A DNA stretch of 62,465 nt, filler included, from Collodictyon triciliatum (Eukaryota): the NCBI GenBank assembly GCA_043381765.1. It is 5 parts of 5 records of this genome, joined end to end, with 100 filler letters (N's around TTAATTAATTAA, not from the genome) between each part and the next. Parts side by side here need not be neighbours in the genome. Positions count along the whole stretch, not along the records: positions 52,528 to 62,465 come from JBHJMP010002155.1; 4 more parts are not named here. One strand, written 5' to 3'. Of this stretch, positions 57,410-62,465 are shown piece by piece. The translations under genes were made by a program, and so were the position numbers. Position 1 is the first letter of the stretch. Each line of letters begins with the position of its first letter. The notes under the pieces are model-generated. The model was not told where the DNA came from. It searched no databases and saw only the letters and a program-made list of their open reading frames with translations.

Positions 57410-58069
57410 GTTATAATTATAATTATCATTTAAGAACATAAATATGTTCCTTCACTAGATATTTACAACACCTTTTGATGTTAACTCTATAAAATATAAT
57501 AATTGCTAATGCAAAGTTCTCCTTTTCCGCTCTTGGACTTATTGGGTGGCTCTTTTGCTAGTCCCGTGCATGGCACTGACACCAGATGTTTGTATGAAAT
57601 GGTATGCATCTTACTATTAGTTTTTATTCATATTATCGCTTCATGTCACTTTAGTTGTCGGTTTGTAATTATCCGTATTTTTTCTTTTATATCTCTTTCT
57701 CTTTCTCTTTCTCTTTCTCTTTCTCTTTCTCTTTCTCTTTCTCTTTCTCTTTCTCTTTCTCTTTCTCTTTCTCTTTCTCTTTCTCTTTTGTATTTGGTTT
57801 TGGTTTTGGTTTTGGAATTGGTTTTGGTTTTGGTTTTGGTTTTGGTTTTGGTTTTGGTTTTGGTTTTGGTTTTGGTTTTGGTTTTGGTTTCTCTATTCTT
57901 CACCGCGTAAATTTTGTCCTATGCCGGACAAAATGGGCCCGCAAACGTGAGAGGAGAGTGCAAAATCCATAAGTCACTTGACAAAAAAATTATATGTAGC
58001 CTGCAAATGAATTACTACCCAAACGAGTGGCAGATCGACAGGGAAAAATCTGTTCCCATGACAATATAA
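52671..58069 (+). CDS. P4-ATPase phospholipid flippase (Drs2/ATP8-like), 5'-partial, >20 exons
   Basis: [126 protein letters not shown]. Confidence 0.96.
53188..53266 (+). mobile_element. 45-bp poly(A)-tailed insertion with a 17-bp TSD, intronic
   Basis: ATCATATAATTTTTCTT at 53188-53204 and 53250-53266 flanks ATCTCCACCATCCTGCACAAAATTGAAAGGAAGAATAAAAAAAAA. Confidence 0.75.
53917..54005. repeat. (AAAAT)n
   Basis: Directly visible. Confidence 0.95.
54650..54710 (-). mobile_element. 27-bp retroinsertion of the CTTTGAATCGAATAAAGG family with a 17-bp TSD (2 mismatches)
   Basis: GTGTGAATATATGCCTT (54650-54666) and GTGTGAATAAATGACTT (54694-54710) flank CCTTTATTCGATTCAAAG. Confidence 0.75.
56127..56229. 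repeat. (GTAT)n microsatellite
   Basis: Directly visible. Confidence 0.95.
57692..57890. repeat. Compound (CTTTCT)n + (TTTTGG)n intronic microsatellite
   Basis: Directly visible. Confidence 0.95.
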
Positions 58070-58609
58070 TAAATAATCGGTTCTGAGCCAGAGTTAAAAC
58101 CCTTAATGATAATAATAATAACAAAACAAAACAAAAAAAGGGATCTACTATCGTGACCCAGATACTGCGCCAGACTCTTACAATCATTTGCGCTGCGCAC
58201 GATGTGGCATCCTGAAGAAAAACCGTTGTCTGCGCGATAAAAAAGCGAGGTGTGATATCTTCGAAAAACAAGCTATGGGCGGAGTCTATTTCATTTTGTG
58301 AGCTCTTGACTTGTTTGCTTAATGTGACTATGAACGATTAGATTTTTCAAGCTTAGTTTATGATAGATGAAAACTTCCAAAAAGAAAGGAATTGGATTTG
58401 TCTTATGAGATTTGGCTAGGCAAAAAACAATTCCCAACATTAGAGAACAATGCGCGGTGATTAGGAGAAACAGAAGCAGATGATTAGTGGGTATGCTTTA
58501 TTCGTTGGTTGATTGGATGAACGAATAGGACAGAGAATGGCTACCAAAGACATAATCGCGACCCATCAAACAATCTCTCGTTCGGTAAAGAAGGGCGTTT
58601 ATTTCTACC

Positions 58610-58792
58610 TCTTCTCTTCTCTTCTCTTCTCTTCTCTTCTCTTCTCTTCTCTTCTCTTCTCTTCTCTTCTCTTCTCTTCTCTTCTCTTCTCTTCACTTCT
58701 CTTCTCTTCTCTTCTCTTCTCTTCTCTTCTCTTCTCTTCTCTTCTCTTCTCTTCTCTTCTCTTCTCTTCTCTTCTCTTCTCTTCTCTTCTCT
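58610..58792. repeat. (CTCTT)n microsatellite
   Basis: Directly visible. Confidence 0.95.
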
Positions 58793-59450
58793 CCTTTTAT
58801 CTTTTGCTGTCACACACACACACACCATTTGCCGCTTCGGTTGTGCAGATGCGCATTTACAGAGTCTCTGGATTCTCTTCGAGTTTGTGGTGTGAGTCGA
58901 CACAAAGAAAACCAGCAATCTGGTAATAGTGACTTGACAACTATATGCCAGAAGAAGACGGAGAGAAAAACACCCCAACCGATCTAATTTCTTTTTGTGG
59001 CACAGCATTCATTTCAGTGAATTTATCCGGAATAAAGCTAAATTCGAAAATGTACCGTACATTGATGTGCATGTGGTGCATTCCTTATATAGCTCGTTGC
59101 TTTATTCTGTTACTTGTTTTTTTTTTTTAACTGGCTTTCCAAAGGGAATAAACTTTTTTCTTTTTCTTTTTCTTTTTTTTCTTTGGTTGCTATCATTTCT
59201 ATTTATTTTTTTTGATTTGATTTGTTCTGTTAAATTCTTGCTTGACTACCAACAGTGAAATCAGCCATTCTGTTATGTTATTGTGCTCTTTGGCTGGTGT
59301 GTTTTTGTTTGTGCATGAAATGCCTCGGATTGCCGGATATTCGCGGACTCGCTGGCAGATTGTGTGACATTTCTTTCTCATTTAGCTATATTATTATCAT
59401 TATTTATCACCTTCGTTTTTTTATTTTTATTTTTTTTACCATGTTATCAA

Positions 59451-59482
<32 letters not shown>

Positions 59483-59766
59483 CATTTTGGAAGCTGAACA
59501 AGCGACTCTCTTTTGTCTCGAAAGCATGTTCTGTTTTTCCTTCATAAACGAGTTGTTGATGACATTTGATCCGCCACACATGATTGCTCCACGGGGGACG
59601 AGAAAAGAAAGAAAAAGAAAGAAAAAATATGAATAAAATAAAATAAAATAAAAAAGAAAAGAAAAGAAAAGGAAACTAAATGAAAATAAGGACACTAAAG
59701 ATCCTGTGTCATCTGTGCTGACACCAGCAACAATAACAATAACACCACCAACATGTCACACAAGCA

Positions 59767-62055
59767 ATGCGACAAAAGTCCAAGCCGACAGCTAGCCTCC
59801 CAAACTTCGAGGAGGACGCGATGGTGATCAACGGGTTGGTCTGCTCGATGGCACCCGCATGGTTGCGACGCCCTCGGCCCACTTCAAAGCCTCGCCCAGC
59901 AACCCGACGAACACAAACACAAGCGCAAATACAATCGCAAACACAGACTCCGAGCCAACCAATTCCCTCCAACGAAGCAGCAGAGGATTCACACATGGCT
60001 TCCCCACCGGTCTTTGATGCTGCAAGCAACAGCGACGCTCCATGCGAGAATGTCCCCAGGTTCAGCCCGCCAGCTTCCTCCGAACAATCGACGCGACCGG
60101 TCCGGCCCAACCGGGCGACACGCTATCAGACATATGTAAAGTCATGCGAAGACCGCAGCCGTAAAAACACTCGCGTGGATGCAGACGAATCTGCTGAAAA
60201 TGACGGGGAACAAACTGCGGCCAGGGACAGGGCGCATAATATTGTTACAGCAACGAATGTGGTAAGGGTGTAGTAAAGTTATGGTTTTTTTTCTGTGCCA
60301 TTCTTTTATACCTGTGAATTTGATTATAATACGCCTTTGGTGGGATTGGTGCTATTTTGTAATACAGGAAATACAGAAGGAAAGGTGTAAAGATAAGGAG
60401 AAAGAAAAAGAAAATGAAAAAGATTCGGAGGAGATGCCGCAAGATATCTCTGAATGGATACACAGCCTAACCAAGGTTGTGCACCCCCTGTCACATTGTG
60501 ATGTACCCCCGATGTCCGACCTTCAAGGTAGTTTTTATTTTAACATAAAAAGAAAAGAAACAATTGAACAATTGAACAGATGGCGTTCACTAATTTTGCT
60601 CTCCTTTCTTCTTTTTTTATAAGAGCTATTATATACCTCCCAGAACTTTATTAAAGTCAATTGATTTTAAATGCGTTTACTAATTGAGATTCAATGATTT
60701 TCTTTCATCCAACTATAGCTTGTCTCGTACAGACAATACAAATCCATGGAGAGCCATGTCCAGCTGAGTATCTTTACGATCAAGCATCGAAGGTGATCAA
60801 AGCTCATAGCTCAATCGAAGTATTATTGTAGTGCAAATACACAAATGCCTGAGATTGTTATTCGCTAGATATTTCGATACTTGAGAAAACGAGACGGCAA
60901 GTTGTACTCATCGGATTGTAGGTGTGTATTTATTTTTTCCTCATTTTCTTCTATGTCTTTACAGTTCCTAGCAACATTTCTACTCTTGAATCTACTTCTT
61001 TCCCAGTGTAAAGTCTTACAGAATTGTGCAAATAGGAAAGCTATAGGGAACCTCTTACGCCCAACATCTATATTTTTTGAGGTATGTATCGATGTTATCT
61101 ATAAAAGGATGTGTATATTTCTGTGTTTCTTGTTTTAAAAAAAAATCGATTACCTCAAACAGTAGAAATTGAAAAAGCTATCGAATATATTAATTTCAGA
61201 AATTCCTCATTAAGCAAGTATGATGATATGAAAAGTATATCACTATTTTATTTACATTTTTTTTTTAAAAAAAAAAAAGAGGTACAAGGACACAGATGAC
61301 CTTTGGACTCTGAGAAGAACACTTCAAGCCGGAAATCTGAGAGAAAAATTAGAGGATGGAGAACAAACAGATGGATATGTGTGTCCGTTATTGAAGAACA
61401 AAACCAGAACGATTATCCATAGCAAATATTAATATTATGAAATCAGCATGCTATTTCGACTATTCTTATTTATATGTATTCAAGGATTCTGAAAAGGATG
61501 GAGATGAATCCGATGAGTCAATGGAAAAGTCTGTCGGTGAAATGAACGGTTCTGACTCTGATATGGACATGTCTGACTTGCAACGTTCGTTTCCCTTTAA
61601 AAAAATGTCCTTTTATTTCAACAATTGGAATATATATAACCAGGCAAAACTGACACATCGCCCTTCATACATCACATGTCACTTCGATTTGTGTGCGGTG
61701 CATTTTTTTTAAAAAAAAATGCAAATTATTCTTTTCAGTGTTGATTACCAAAGTTTTGATCGGATACGGAGGAGTTTGCAGTATAGAAACCATATATGAG
61801 GAGGTGTCAAAGGTGAAGTAGTAAATTGAAATTTTATTAATGCAATTGAGAAATTCATAAAATAATCATTTTAAATATAAATTTGATTGAATACTTTGAT
61901 GTTTCGCTTCTTTTCACCCTTTTTATTTTTTTATCTTTACCCCCAGGAATGGAAGTTTCTCAAGAAACGAAATGGCTCATCATACACCTTGGATATTAGA
62001 CGCGGTGTAAATGCTGCGTTGATGAACAGCTCACCATCAAACCCGCTTTTTTCTG
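59767..62055 (+). CDS. Protein with tandem winged-helix (HARE-HTH-like) repeats, multi-exon, 3'-partial
   Basis: Repeat 1: CLVQTIQIHGEPCPAEYLYDQASK|YFDTLRKRDGKLYSSDC..KAIGNLL..IFFE|RYKDTDDLWTL. Repeat 2: LITKVLIGYGGVCSIETIYEEVSK|EWKFLKKRNGSSYTLDIRRGVNAAL..NPLF. Confidence 0.7.
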
Positions 62056-62129
62056 TATACTTTAATTTAGCTCGTCGAACCCAATTTTTTAAAATATTTT
62101 TTGTAGATGCATTGAAAACGAATGATTTT

Positions 62130-62465
62130 ACTCTTTTTTTTCTTTTTTTCTTTTTTTTCTTTTTTTCTTTTTTTTCTTTTTTTCTTTTTTTCTTTTTTTC
62201 TTTTTTTCTTTTCTTCTTTTTTTCTTTTTTTTCTTTTTTTCTTTTTCTTTTTTTCTTTTCTTTTTTTTCTTTTTCTTTTTTTTTTTTTTTTTTTTTTTCT
62301 TTTTTTCTTTTCTTCTTTTTTTCTTTTTTTTCTTTTTTTCTTTTTCTTTTTTTCTTTTCTTTTTTTTCTTTTTCTTTTTTTCTTTTTTTTCTTTTTTCTT
62401 TTTTCTTTTTTCTTTTTTCTTTTTTCTTTTTTCTTTTTTCTTTTTTCTTTTTCTTTTTCTTTTTT
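62130..62465. repeat. T-rich (CTTTTTT)n low-complexity tract
   Basis: Directly visible. Confidence 0.95.

Noticed and set aside
57793-57890. (TTTTGG)n as a telomeric repeat
   Set aside because: Internal to a flippase intron, compound with another microsatellite, and one of many unrelated motifs

Overview
This window is eukaryotic, probably protist, genomic DNA: AT-rich, with GT-AG introns, the standard genetic code and many microsatellites. It is five unrelated ~13-kb contigs joined by artificial 100-nt spacers (44N-TTAATTAATTAA-44N at 13025, 26157, 39286 and 52428), so neighbourhood across spacers means nothing. Recognisable genes are SPICE1-like, a Tra2/SR45a-like splicing factor, a Cys-rich GCC2/GCC3 protein, an EBP-family sterol isomerase, two tandem unknown multi-pass membrane paralogs, a Rab-like C-terminus, GON4L/DUO3-like, a YGR210-type Obg GTPase, a P4-ATPase flippase and a tandem winged-helix protein. 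The main highlights are four. (1) A decayed ~2.2-kb Fanzor1 (eukaryotic TnpB-type RNA-guided nuclease) element at ~15406-17645, with a hairpin-rich candidate omega-RNA and a 6-bp direct repeat at its apparent ends, sitting just upstream of the EBP gene. (2) A family of tiny TSD-flanked retroinsertions sharing the 3' end CTTTGAATCGAATAAAGG(A)n. (3) A receptor-like gene of signal peptide + 7-blade WD40 + Cys-rich stalk + multi-TM domain, broken by two TAA codons. (4) An ~800-bp duplicated segment that shows microsatellite birth. All family calls are motif recognition by eye; no database searches were run.
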